A stretch of 47,287 nt of DNA from a virus (taxonomy: Duplodnaviria; Heunggongvirae; Uroviricota; Caudoviricetes): the IMG/VR virus record IMGVR_UViG_2870474514_000002, one strand, 5' to 3'. Below, piece after piece: positions 14,775-24,275 of this stretch (position 1 is its first letter; each line of letters starts with the position of its first letter). The notes beneath the pieces are model-generated. The model did no database searches. It saw nothing but the letters and a program-made list of their open reading frames with translations, and was not told the DNA's origin. A program made the position numbers and the translations under genes.

Positions 14775-15544
14775 CTACACACACTGCTCCTGAAAATACT
14801 GGTCATCCAGTGCAAAGATCACTGCTTCAAATTCATCGCGCTCAATCAATACCGGATGAGTGGCTAAATATTCATTTATCTCTGTCAGAGATAAAGGCAA
14901 AGGCACCCCAGCCATTCCAGCATAACGTCGGGCACGGGATATTACCGAATAGGCGTACAACAACTCCTTAAGCACCGGGTCTATTTCTGGTTCCGGTATC
15001 GGTGGCAACCTGAGTTTTTCTCGCTTCCATCTTGCCTTTTCCCCCCTTTCTCCCCCGAACTCCGATAACCACCGCTGGGCAGCTATGGCTTTTTTATCGT
15101 ATCCTGCTTCTGCTGCTCTTTACCCTGGGCGATGCTGGCTGCTTCTGCAAGGATCTGCCAGTACAACTCTGGATTCTGCTTAAGCAGCGCGATCCCTCGT
15201 TCTGCCGTATATTCCAGTGCAACCTCAACACCATTAACCAGTTCACCAACCCCTTTCCAGTCTTTCAGCAGATAACGAGCGGCATTATCAATGAGTAAAT
15301 CATCAACAGAATCCACCTCGGAAACCTTTGAAATATCAAACTCCTTCGTTCCGACGTGCAAACTGGCATCCATTTTCTCAATGTGGCGACGGATTAATGC
15401 ATTACGGGAGCGATACTGATCGTTATCGCTGCTTGCCACCAACAGTTTTAACCCGTCTACAGGTTTTAAGTCCTTCATTGGCGTAAACCAGCGTTCTCCA
15501 CCAATGATAATTTTCTGATTAAGAATAAACATCCATAACCTCAT
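14775..15544 (-). CDS. Tail assembly chaperone G-T fusion, made by a programmed -1 frameshift
   Basis: The G frame ends TIKKP-stop at 15083. From the slippery site at 15089..15095 the -1 frame stays open (AIAAQRWLSEFGGERGEKARWKREKLRLPPIPEPEIDP...) down to the stop at 14775. The 77-aa ORF in the track is the tail of this extension. Confidence 0.65.
15083..15544 (-). CDS. Tail assembly chaperone G (zero-frame product)
   Basis: 153 aa acidic ORF between the major tail protein and the tape measure. It ends 2 codons after the slippery site. Confidence 0.75.
   Translation of the reverse strand: MRLWMFILNQKIIIGGERWFTPMKDLKPVDGLKLLVASSDNDQYRSRNALIRRHIEKMDASLHVGTKEFDISKVSEVDSVDDLLIDNAARYLLKDWKGVGELVNGVEVALEYTAERGIALLKQNPELYWQILAEAASIAQGKEQQKQDTIKKP
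15089..15095 (-). other. Slippery heptanucleotide A AAA AAG (programmed -1 ribosomal frameshift site)
   Basis: The minus strand reads ACG AUA AAA AAG CCA UAG. The heptamer A_AAA_AAG sits 2 codons before the G stop, matching the conserved G/G-T frameshift geometry of long-tailed phages. Confidence 0.7.
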
Positions 15545-15592
15545 TCAATGCGTCCCCCTGTAGGGCAGTACCACAGGAGGAATAACGGAAAA

Positions 15593-16555
15593 TCAACTAA
15601 TCGCCTCAGCACTGGCTTTTGCGATCACGGCAGCCGGGGAATTTTTTTTTCTGGTTATCGTAGGTGCTTCATCTGCTGCGGTAATGCTCAATTGAACCTG
15701 GATAATGTCGCTATTACCCCCATCAGGCCATTCACCTGACACCTGAACCTTCGGGAAACTGAAAGTGTATGCCCCCTCTCCATTCGAAAGCGTGAAGCTG
15801 AACGGAACTGTTTCTCCAGTCAGTGTTTTACTCCAGATTTCCCACGCGGCTTTAGACCATGAAAGCGTCACCGTACCGGACGGTGTAAAAGTAGTCGGAA
15901 TATTTGCTCCTGCATAAGGCGAGCCAGTCCCGATACAACGCTGTGTCTGGAGTTTGTTATCGAACTGAATATCAAAACTGTCGATACAAAAACCGTTACC
16001 TCCGGCAACACCATTCAGGCTTACTGCTGAAACCTCCTTAAACGAATAACGTAGCTTTCCTGCACTATCCACAGGTTCGCCTTTGATAAAATTCGTATCA
16101 TCGGCCTTTGATTCCCAGTCCAGTCCGGCAAAGGTTACGGTCGCTGTAATATCGCCGTCGTTAGGGATCTGCATTTTCCATGAGCCAACCTGCGCTCCTC
16201 TGACGACAGAGGCAATTCCGACATCGGACGCATAGGTCGCCAGAGAAAATGTTATTCGCTCATTCCCCATTGTCAGAGAATCGCCTGACCATTCCGCGCC
16301 GAAACAGGATGCAAGAAAATCATCATGTTGACCCCAGCGAAATTTGGTACCAACATCACCGCCGACATCCACAGTGCCAGGCGTCGCCCCCTGACCCATC
16401 CGGGAGCCACCAATCTCATTATTTTCGCCTTTATTCTGGGTGGGTTTTACTCCCCAGCTTGTGCGTTTTAATAAACTCCAGTCACCACTTGCTGGCGTAG
16501 TGCCTGCAACCGTCTCCCGGATAAATGCCGAGATAACCTTTGCACCTGAACTCAC
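15593..16555 (-). CDS. Major tail (tube) protein
   Basis: 320 aa ORF immediately upstream of the G/G-T chaperone pair, Gly/Thr/Ser-rich and beta-rich. Called by position in the conserved module; not lambda V by sequence. Confidence 0.75.
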   Translation of the reverse strand: MSSGAKVISAFIRETVAGTTPASGDWSLLKRTSWGVKPTQNKGENNEIGGSRMGQGATPGTVDVGGDVGTKFRWGQHDDFLASCFGAEWSGDSLTMGNERITFSLATYASDVGIASVVRGAQVGSWKMQIPNDGDITATVTFAGLDWESKADDTNFIKGEPVDSAGKLRYSFKEVSAVSLNGVAGGNGFCIDSFDIQFDNKLQTQRCIGTGSPYAGANIPTTFTPSGTVTLSWSKAAWEIWSKTLTGETVPFSFTLSNGEGAYTFSFPKVQVSGEWPDGGNSDIIQVQLSITAADEAPTITRKKNSPAAVIAKASAEAIS

Positions 16556-16581
16556 AGGAGCCTCCTATGTCATTAATTGCG

Positions 16582-16974
16582 CTAGAGCGCGCGATATGGA
16601 ATTTGAAGATTAAGCTGGAACCAGCCATTCTTTTCGCCAACGGCTATTGAGGAAACAGCCTGGTAACTGAGACGATCGTCATCCTGAAACTCAAACAGTT
16701 CCCGCAATTTATCGGCTGTCTCAGTAATGAGTTTTGAACCAGAACCTGCGGGGACAAATAACTGAATAATGATTATCCCCGTGCGATAAACAATCGGCCC
16801 CGCGCCAATTTCATTAACTCCAGCCTGCCCGGGAATATTACTTAACCGCGCCCAGATTAACTTACCGGAAGGATCGAACGTTGGCGCGTTCGGATACAAT
16901 ACGTCTTTTCCATCAATAATCGTCTGTGCCGTCATTCTGGAAATAACCGTATTTCTGATTTCAGTAAACGTCAT
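16582..16974 (-). CDS. Tail terminator / minor tail protein (gpU-like, by position)
   Basis: 130 aa ORF directly upstream of the major tail gene. Confidence 0.5.
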   Translation of the reverse strand: MTFTEIRNTVISRMTAQTIIDGKDVLYPNAPTFDPSGKLIWARLSNIPGQAGVNEIGAGPIVYRTGIIIIQLFVPAGSGSKLITETADKLRELFEFQDDDRLSYQAVSSIAVGEKNGWFQLNLQIPYRAL

Positions 16975-17351
16975 TTGTAAGCCTGTAAAACACCATGAAA
17001 AGCGTTGGCATACACGCCAGTTGGCGCTTGTTGTGAATGACCGTTTTCAAGAGCCTCTGCATAAGGAAGGTTATTCTGGATATAAATAACTCCGTAATTT
17101 GCAGCTTTCGAAATAACCCCGATCCCACGCTGAACCGCAATCGTACCGTTCGGATCCACGTTATCAGATATACCAAAATCGGGATGCTGTAACGACACCA
17201 GGTTGTTATTTCTGAAACGTCCGGTATCAACCGGAGCAGCAATATCAATAGCAGTAAGAATCTGCATAGCGATGTAGCGAATTTTCAGCCCCACATCTTC
17301 CTCAATCATCCCGGCAAATATTGACGGTTCTATATCCCATGCCTTTGCCAT
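16971..17351 (-). CDS. Tail completion protein (HK97 gp10-like, by position)
   Basis: 126 aa ORF in the head-tail joining block, overlapping the next gene by 4 nt. Confidence 0.5.
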   Translation of the reverse strand: MAKAWDIEPSIFAGMIEEDVGLKIRYIAMQILTAIDIAAPVDTGRFRNNNLVSLQHPDFGISDNVDPNGTIAVQRGIGVISKAANYGVIYIQNNLPYAEALENGHSQQAPTGVYANAFHGVLQAYK

Positions 17352-17735
17352 TTACGCTCTCCTTAACTGGATAGAGTAAACTGATGCGGAAGGATCTACA
17401 CTCGCTGTAATTACCTCGTATCGTTGTAACTGCCTTAATACAGGATCATAAATCTCAATAATATGGTCGACAGCGGGTTTATCCGTAACCTCGCATACCA
17501 GAGCGGTTAATTTAAGGTCACCATGCAAAATATTAATCCCATCAATTCTGCCCAGCTTATAACGTGTCAACACGCCTCGCCCGGTATAGATTGCGGTGGA
17601 TTCGCCGCCAGTTTCCGTCACAGGATCCCAGTGCCGGTGCGTAACGTAAGAACCAGAAAAATCACTCACGGCGTCCGCTAAATCCTCATCAAAAGCAGCG
17701 GCAACCTCTGACTGAATCTCTTCACGAAGCCCCAT
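17352..17735 (-). CDS. Head closure / head-tail adaptor protein (by position)
   Basis: 127 aa ORF, tightly packed with flanking genes. Confidence 0.45.
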   Translation of the reverse strand: MGLREEIQSEVAAAFDEDLADAVSDFSGSYVTHRHWDPVTETGGESTAIYTGRGVLTRYKLGRIDGINILHGDLKLTALVCEVTDKPAVDHIIEIYDPVLRQLQRYEVITASVDPSASVYSIQLRRA

Positions 17736-18130
17736 TATCCCCCCCTCACAACTCTGACTTGTGAGCGACTAAGTCCGTACGGTTTCAGCAGTGCTATCGC
17801 AAGCTGTAAATCGGGTTCAAGCAATACAGTGCTGTTTGCTGGCAACTCAGCAAATGATTTCGATACACTGACCCCGTCAGCCGACACGGCTTTACTGATA
17901 ACAACGCCAGAATCATTTTTCTGCTGAAACAACTTACCGAATGAGGCAATTCTGGCTGCATATGCTCCCGCAAGTTTTACCTCTTCCGGAATACGGGATG
18001 GGTTAATTTTCAGGTTGAAGCCATTAAGCCAGGCATTAGCCATCAAAACAGCTTTATTTTTAGCGTTCTCACTCGTCCAAGCGTTCCCAAACGCATTATC
18101 AACGTCATCACAGGTCACGTAAGTGATCAT
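17735..18130 (-). CDS. Head-tail connector protein (by position)
   Basis: 131 aa ORF that follows the capsid gene and the small ORF. Confidence 0.45.
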   Translation of the reverse strand: MITYVTCDDVDNAFGNAWTSENAKNKAVLMANAWLNGFNLKINPSRIPEEVKLAGAYAARIASFGKLFQQKNDSGVVISKAVSADGVSVSKSFAELPANSTVLLEPDLQLAIALLKPYGLSRSQVRVVRGG

Positions 18131-18133
18131 GTG

Positions 18134-18310
18134 TTACTCCTGAGTTTTCCAGCCCATAGCCTTCCAGTTGTCAACTTCATCAGGATGAACATTAGCGATA
18201 GTTGGTGCGCCGGGAAACATCTGATAATCGGTCACCATAACCACTAACTCAATTTGCGTTTTTTGTGCGGCTTCACGCTGTGCTCTTTGCTCTTTAGTTA
18301 ATCCGGCCAT
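18134..18310 (-). CDS. Small hypothetical phage protein (58 aa)
   Basis: Not in the ORF track (under 60 aa); translated by hand as MAGLTKEQRAQREAAQKTQIELVVMVTDYQMFPGAPTIANVHPDEVDNWKAMGWKTQE. GGAGGG SD 5 nt upstream of the ATG at 18310. Fills the gap between capsid and connector. Confidence 0.45.
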   Translation of the reverse strand: MAGLTKEQRAQREAAQKTQIELVVMVTDYQMFPGAPTIANVHPDEVDNWKAMGWKTQE

Positions 18311-18320
18311 ATGCCCTCCA

Positions 18321-18342
18321 TTAAAAATGGGGCCGAAGCCCC
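18321..18342 (-). terminator. Hairpin plus U-run immediately after the major capsid gene
   Basis: Stem GGGGC / GCCCC with loop TTCG, followed on the minus strand by ATTTTTAA; 11 nt after the capsid stop. Confidence 0.45.
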
Positions 18343-18352
18343 GTTTGAATGT

Positions 18353-19492
18353 TTAACCAAGAATCAGACAACCATGTGCCGGCTTCACTGATGAAACACC
18401 CCATGCCAGTCCAACTTCATAGCGCACCTGGCGATACTGACGATACAGTGCAATCTGGAACGTAATCCCTGAAATCGGGTCCGTAACATTCATTACATCA
18501 TCAGCATTATCGCCACCTTCCGGCATTGCCGGAGTACGGGATGCCAGCAGAAACGCGTTGCGATCAAACGCCATATTTGCAGTAAAGGAGCCAAGAACTG
18601 TGATTGCAGTATCATCGGCCAGATCCTGACGCAGTCCGGGCGCTGCAAGAGTAATCAGATTGCTGGTCGCTGCTGCCACAACATACTGATTCGGATCGCC
18701 AGCGAACGTAACAATCTGACCTGCAGAAATACTCCCCGAACCAGTATCAATGGAAATAAGAACATCGCCTTCTTTTTTCTCGCCATTCACGAGATAACCA
18801 GTTGCAGCAACCTTTGGCGCTCGTTTTACACCTGCCGAACTGTGAATATTGAATCCCTCCAGACGCCCCAACACGCCCTCACGCAGTAGCTGTTCAGTGC
18901 CGGATTCATTCACTTTAAACAGTACAGACTGTTTTCCGCGCAAATTAGCAATGGCAGTGGAGCCAAGCACCATCTGCAGATCGGTAGTCGGTGCGCCGTT
19001 ATCCTCCAGAACCTGACGAGCCAGAGCAGCATCAGAAAGATCATCTTTAACACCAAACGGCGTTGTCCCTGCGGTTCCCACGGCGCGGGAAGCACCGAAA
19101 TACAACGCACCAAGATCAGCCTCAACCTCGTTTGCAAGGGCGCGAAAAGCCTGCTTGAACTGATCAGCCAGAATGGTGTTGTAAGTCCCTGAAGGGCCAA
19201 GAGCCAGTTGTTCTTCACCATTCCATTTAACCGGTGCCATTTTGGATTTAGTAATTTTCACATCAACAGTGCCAATATTTTGATCACCGGTATTCGGAGC
19301 TGACGGCCCCGGTACGATATCTTCGGTTTTCGCCTCAGGCGCAACTGGCGCGGTTACCGTCTGATCTTTTGCTGCGGCGTCAGCTTTTGCGTTTTTTGCT
19401 ACCGCAGGGATAAAACCTACCTGCTCACGGGATACAATATCCAGGGCGGTATAAATAGTCGGGATCAACCCGGTCAGGGTATTTCCAGCCAT
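18353..19492 (-). CDS. Major capsid (coat) protein, P22-coat-like
   Basis: 379 aa from the internal ATG at 19492 (the 410 aa track ORF has an unlikely N-terminal extension). Follows the scaffold gene. A GQIVTFAGD segment resembles the P22 coat GDKISFAGV region. Confidence 0.75.
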   Translation of the reverse strand: MAGNTLTGLIPTIYTALDIVSREQVGFIPAVAKNAKADAAAKDQTVTAPVAPEAKTEDIVPGPSAPNTGDQNIGTVDVKITKSKMAPVKWNGEEQLALGPSGTYNTILADQFKQAFRALANEVEADLGALYFGASRAVGTAGTTPFGVKDDLSDAALARQVLEDNGAPTTDLQMVLGSTAIANLRGKQSVLFKVNESGTEQLLREGVLGRLEGFNIHSSAGVKRAPKVAATGYLVNGEKKEGDVLISIDTGSGSISAGQIVTFAGDPNQYVVAAATSNLITLAAPGLRQDLADDTAITVLGSFTANMAFDRNAFLLASRTPAMPEGGDNADDVMNVTDPISGITFQIALYRQYRQVRYEVGLAWGVSSVKPAHGCLILG

Positions 19493-19590
19493 AATTAAAT
19501 ATTCCTTAAAAATTTGCGTAATTGTGAATAGATGGAGTAATGAGCTATCCAGCCCTGACACCAGCTCCCATCCGGAAGCTGACAAATCTG

Positions 19591-20355
19591 TTAATCAACA
19601 ATTGTGATACCGTCTTTCAATGCGTTTTGCTTACCTGCAACATCCAGTGCATCAAAAGCAGAGCGTTTCATCGTTTTCTGACCAATATCATGCTGTGTCG
19701 GACGGGAGCCGCCGCCATTGTTGCCACTGGCTTTCAGGATGTAGTCTTTCTGAGGGTAATTTTCGACGAGGAACTCCAGCGCCTCATCAAACTGCGCCAG
19801 TTCGCCAGGCTTCGCGCGGGAATAAATTTTGTTGCCGGAAGCGTCATAAGCAACGATCTTCCCTTCTTCCACTTTGAATGCCTGCCCGAAGCGGGCTTGT
19901 AATAAATCTGCCGGGATCGCAATTTTATCGGCAATATATTTTGAACCCGCAAAACTACCGCCAATCATAGAATCGTAAAGCTGCGTCTCCAGCATCTGAG
20001 AGCGTTGCTTTTCTTCATCTAATTGCTGCTGAAAATTTTTCGTAATTTCTGCCTTAACCTGGTCAACCTGTCCCGCATCGATCAGCTTTTTCTGGTCGAT
20101 TTTTGACAGCATTTCCAGTGCCTCGATCGCCTTCTTCGGGTCTTCGATAGCGGCAAACTTAGCCAGTTTTTCCTCTGCAGCTTCTTTAGCCAGGCGATGA
20201 TTTTTTGCCTCGCCATTAAGCTCTGTAATTCTTTTTATCGCCAGCGGTGCATCGAAGCCGATTTCTTTACCATCGTCGTGCACATAAACTGGCAGGCCAA
20301 CAGTATCAATTTCTGCGTATTGTTTTCCGTTAATCTCGATCGTTTTCAGTTTCAT
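19591..20355 (-). CDS. Capsid scaffolding protein
   Basis: About 254 aa from the ATG at 20355 (MKLKTIEINGK), highly charged and helical (EEKLAKFAAIEDPKKAIEALEMLSKIDQKK). Lies between the head morphogenesis and coat genes. Confidence 0.6.
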   Translation of the reverse strand: MKLKTIEINGKQYAEIDTVGLPVYVHDDGKEIGFDAPLAIKRITELNGEAKNHRLAKEAAEEKLAKFAAIEDPKKAIEALEMLSKIDQKKLIDAGQVDQVKAEITKNFQQQLDEEKQRSQMLETQLYDSMIGGSFAGSKYIADKIAIPADLLQARFGQAFKVEEGKIVAYDASGNKIYSRAKPGELAQFDEALEFLVENYPQKDYILKASGNNGGGSRPTQHDIGQKTMKRSAFDALDVAGKQNALKDGITIVD

Positions 20356-20459
20356 ATTAGTACCTGGTTTAAGTCTTCCGACAGTTACGCTGCTCACCAT
20401 CCGGATCGCAGCAATAAAAAAGGCCACCCGAAGGTAGCCTGTTGTAATAAATGATTTAT

Positions 20460-21575
20460 TTAAATCCCTGCTTTTCTGAATACCTGTGCATCACGCTCAC
20501 GGAGTTGCTTCAGCGTCAGCCATTCGCCTTTATCGGTGTAAAATTCATCTGGCGACATACCGCCATCCCGAATCAGCTTTGCCCGGGTTTCCCCCACAAT
20601 CTGTTTTTGTCTGGTGTAAGGCTGACGCAAAAACCATTCCCTGTAGGTTGTATCTCCGGCCACCACGCCATCCATGCTGGCCCGCTCAACCGGGGAAATA
20701 TCACGAACATCAATACCCAGTTCCTTCGCTGATTTCAGAATGAACGTTTCCGTTGAGCGGCAGCAGAAATGAATTTTTCCCGGCCCATGCAAATAAGGCA
20801 CACTGTGACCTACAGGTTTATTATCCAGCGTATATTTGAGGCGATCCCTGATTCGACATTGTGGCGTAGTACGATTATCAAGCGTTGATAACCATTGCTT
20901 ACCCTTAATCAAATCATTATTCGCGCTGGCAAAACTCTCACGGGCAGTAGCAGCAAGATGTCCAACCGCTGTTTTTGCAATGCTGGCCGCATTAGCCCGG
21001 CTCATCTGCAATGCACCATCCTGAAATCCCTTGCTGACATGTCCCCGAATTTTTCTTGCGATCTGCTCATTGGTATCCCCCAGCAAAAAACCCTGACGCA
21101 CCGTATTTGTTATGCGTCTGAGCCGATCCGCCTCAAGATCCGAGGCCCACTCACTGAGCAGTCGTCCCTGGAATGGTCGCGCCATTGCAGCGGCGTAAAG
21201 TGCATCAGAAGATATACCAACCAGAGGGTGAACATCAGCAACAAAATCAGGTAGCAGAGAATCAAACAGACTTAACTGATAACCAGCCTCATAAATTGCC
21301 AGCTCGTTCAGCTCTCCGGAGAGACTGGTAAACATGCTGTTAATAGCAGCGCGGTTAACCTCTCTGACACTCGCCAGAAGTGACTCCAGGCGCGTAACGG
21401 TAAAACTACCAGGATCGAGGCTGTCCAGTGCTACCAGCAGGCGAGCTGTAAGCTCCGCATCGCTGTCATTCAGTATTTTCACCATTCTGGCAGCCACACC
21501 AGTGCTATAGCGGGATATCCAGACTACATGAGCAATTGATTCATCACGCAGCCGTTCATTCACGGTTTGCATCAT
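20460..21575 (-). CDS. Head morphogenesis protein (Mu F / SPP1 gp7 family minor head protein)
   Basis: 371 aa ORF directly downstream of the portal gene, overlapping it by 20 nt; position and size are typical of this family. Confidence 0.7.
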   Translation of the reverse strand: MMQTVNERLRDESIAHVVWISRYSTGVAARMVKILNDSDAELTARLLVALDSLDPGSFTVTRLESLLASVREVNRAAINSMFTSLSGELNELAIYEAGYQLSLFDSLLPDFVADVHPLVGISSDALYAAAMARPFQGRLLSEWASDLEADRLRRITNTVRQGFLLGDTNEQIARKIRGHVSKGFQDGALQMSRANAASIAKTAVGHLAATARESFASANNDLIKGKQWLSTLDNRTTPQCRIRDRLKYTLDNKPVGHSVPYLHGPGKIHFCCRSTETFILKSAKELGIDVRDISPVERASMDGVVAGDTTYREWFLRQPYTRQKQIVGETRAKLIRDGGMSPDEFYTDKGEWLTLKQLRERDAQVFRKAGI

Positions 21576-22962
21576 TGATTTCCATCAGCATTACACTCTG
21601 ATTTTTTAATTCATCGATCACTTCCTCTGGACGGGAATCCTGATCGATAAATTTCAACGCCTGCAACACCCGAACCGCATCAATCTGACGTATATCACCG
21701 CCCTGACGCAATGACTGAACAGCCAGCGCGGAGGATGAGTCAAACACCTGGGCAGATACATCCAGTTCAGTGCGCACATCCACATTGCCACCGCAACTCT
21801 CTCCGCTCCATTCCGCCATTATCTGGAGAATATTATCGAGGGCATCTTCGAGGGAGTTCGCCATTGTATAAAGCGGCGAGTGTTCCTGCATCCGCTCTTC
21901 ATTAGTCTGATCAACAGATTTGGTGGATGTATTTTCAGCCCGCAGAAGTTTAGCGCCGGCATGACGCATCTGATTTTCCAGCTTCTCAAGTGATGTTTCG
22001 CCAGATTCTATCGCTGCGCCACTATGTTCAACATATTCGAGGCCATTTTTTGTTCTGTCCTCAAAAATCGTAGCGGTGGATGCACCAACCGTCAGTTCTT
22101 CATTCCTGTCCAGCCCGTAGGCCACCAGCAATGGAACGCGGGCAACATGAAGAATATTGTCCTGCTCGCTCTGGCTTTGCCAGTGCTTGATATTCAGCAA
22201 GCCAAGATTAAGCAATGGCGGTGTACCACGCATAAACCCTGTTTTCTTCGTATACAGTGTTACCAGAGGAATATCATCACGGCTGGTATTCCATGACTCA
22301 TGAAGCATCCAGACAGATTCGCCATTAGTACCTTCGCTGCGTCGATAAATTTCTACTCGACGGGGCATAATATGGCGGATCTGCTCCACCTTCTTCTGCC
22401 CGAAATCATCACCATCAATAATGATGACCTCTTTTATACGCAAATCAGTGAGAACAACTTTCCCTTTTTCAACTTTCGATTTCCATCCAATAATCTGGCG
22501 TGGATTCAGCATCGTAACGTACGGGCGACCACCGGCCGCGTTTTCATCGGCTTTTGTCCGAATCTCGTTCATATCCGTTCGTGGATAGTCCACCAGCGCA
22601 TGTGCCACACCATACTGAAATGCGAGACTGAAAAATTGCTGCGCCCACACATCCAGTCGGCTCCCCTCCATGTCGATATTTTCTGCATATTCCCTGATTT
22701 TTTCCGGCGTTTCCTCACTCAATACTGTCGGCTCTGCAAATATGCGCCCAATATTTTGTTTGATGCTTTCTTCATACACAGGAAGTAGCGTAGCCACAGA
22801 CAGGCGTTTTTTATAAGCGTCTTCATCTTCATTAGGCCATTTGGGGAGATAATTTTCCCCCTGCCTGCGCATTTCAAGCGTACCGCCCATCAATGCGTCG
22901 TTAATATCCCACGCCTCCAGCATATCGTTATAGTCGAGGTTGGGTGTTGATATATCAGCCAT
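21556..22962 (-). CDS. Portal protein
   Basis: 468 aa ORF immediately downstream of terL with a 2-nt gap and an acidic C-terminus. Confidence 0.8.
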   Translation of the reverse strand: MADISTPNLDYNDMLEAWDINDALMGGTLEMRRQGENYLPKWPNEDEDAYKKRLSVATLLPVYEESIKQNIGRIFAEPTVLSEETPEKIREYAENIDMEGSRLDVWAQQFFSLAFQYGVAHALVDYPRTDMNEIRTKADENAAGGRPYVTMLNPRQIIGWKSKVEKGKVVLTDLRIKEVIIIDGDDFGQKKVEQIRHIMPRRVEIYRRSEGTNGESVWMLHESWNTSRDDIPLVTLYTKKTGFMRGTPPLLNLGLLNIKHWQSQSEQDNILHVARVPLLVAYGLDRNEELTVGASTATIFEDRTKNGLEYVEHSGAAIESGETSLEKLENQMRHAGAKLLRAENTSTKSVDQTNEERMQEHSPLYTMANSLEDALDNILQIMAEWSGESCGGNVDVRTELDVSAQVFDSSSALAVQSLRQGGDIRQIDAVRVLQALKFIDQDSRPEEVIDELKNQSVMLMEINDANRE

Positions 22963-22964
22963 AA

Positions 22965-24275
22965 TTAAATCCGAAGTGATGTGACTCTTCCGGTCGGTTT
23001 GACAATAGGGAATTGCTTAACGATGAAATAACCTCCGGCATCATTCGGGTGATCATTGCCAGATTTTTTATCAGGCTCCCCCTTATCATCCCAGACCTGT
23101 TGCTCCAGAGATTCGGCATATACCGGACAACGCTTCACATTAACTTTATAGCGACGCTCACCATTGGCATTGCAGAACATTGCATTCATTGAGTTAACGC
23201 GATCTTTTACTGGAGGGTTCGAGCTGTTCACCACAACGTTAAAACCTGCCTGCTTAAGCTGGGCTATATCCGTCGTACTTGCGTTACTTGATTTTCTGGA
23301 ATCTCCGGAAGCATCTGGATAAATATAAATCTCCCTCACTTTCCGGTAATCATGCCCGTCATACAGCCAGAAGCGTTCTTTAATGAGGCGGATCATATCC
23401 GGCGTATCGTAGGCATTGATGATTTCAGTTACCGCACATGGAAGCCCCAAACGCAGCACATGGACGATTCCCGCCATCTTTCCAACGTTAAAATCCATCC
23501 CAATATAAATCGGCTCCCCTAGCTGCTCCACTTCTTCGCAATTATTCAGTTTCCGGTCAAACTGATGGTAAACAGTACCACTTGTCAGGTTAGTAAACCG
23601 TCCTAGAAGATAGGCTTTAATCAGCTCTGGAGGGTATGATTCAAGAAGTGAAGGAATGTAATCTGCTGGCAGGTTCTTTTCATTATCGAAAGTAGATGCC
23701 TGCACCAGACCATACAGTGAGGCCAGCTCTGTTTTTTCACGCACGGCTTTAACAAACTGCTCGTAGACAAATTTGAATCCTTCCGGCGTGGTTGTAACGT
23801 CAATACCGTTGCGAAGTCCATCAATCTTATAACGCATACGCGCAATTATCTTGCGCCACGCCGTTCTGGCTTTTTCCTTCGGCAAAATGTCCAGTTCATC
23901 CACCAGCGCATTACCAATTTTGAAACCGACGATCGTTTGTGGCTTCTCCATCGATCTGCAGATAGTGGTTCCCCGATACTGGCGTCCGTAATAAAAGTGA
24001 ACCTCTTTATTTCCCTCATTAATTTTTACGTTCAATCCCCAGTCAGCAGCAACTTCTTCCACTGTAGGGTAAAAAATATCGCGAATTTGGGGATACGTTG
24101 GCGCAAAATATCCCTGATTTATACTTGGATGCTCCCAAATCCCCTTGCATATGCCGCCACACCCAACCCATGTTTTGCCCGAGCCAAAACCAGCAATATA
24201 GGCTTTAAATTTATGGGGCATTGAAAGAAATCGCGCCTGAGGCACATTAAGCGTCGGAGAGATCATCTTCATCAC
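22965..24275 (-). CDS. Terminase large subunit
   Basis: 436 aa with a Walker A-like GFGSGKTW near the N-terminus and acidic nuclease-type motifs in the C-terminal half. The start overlaps terS. Confidence 0.85.
   Translation of the reverse strand: MMKMISPTLNVPQARFLSMPHKFKAYIAGFGSGKTWVGCGGICKGIWEHPSINQGYFAPTYPQIRDIFYPTVEEVAADWGLNVKINEGNKEVHFYYGRQYRGTTICRSMEKPQTIVGFKIGNALVDELDILPKEKARTAWRKIIARMRYKIDGLRNGIDVTTTPEGFKFVYEQFVKAVREKTELASLYGLVQASTFDNEKNLPADYIPSLLESYPPELIKAYLLGRFTNLTSGTVYHQFDRKLNNCEEVEQLGEPIYIGMDFNVGKMAGIVHVLRLGLPCAVTEIINAYDTPDMIRLIKERFWLYDGHDYRKVREIYIYPDASGDSRKSSNASTTDIAQLKQAGFNVVVNSSNPPVKDRVNSMNAMFCNANGERRYKVNVKRCPVYAESLEQQVWDDKGEPDKKSGNDHPNDAGGYFIVKQFPIVKPTGRVTSLRI

Noticed and set aside
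18353-19585. 410 aa version of the coat protein ORF (MSASGWELV...)
   Set aside because: The extension runs into the scaffold-coat intergenic hairpin region and lacks an SD. The internal ATG at 19492 gives a typical coat N-terminus.
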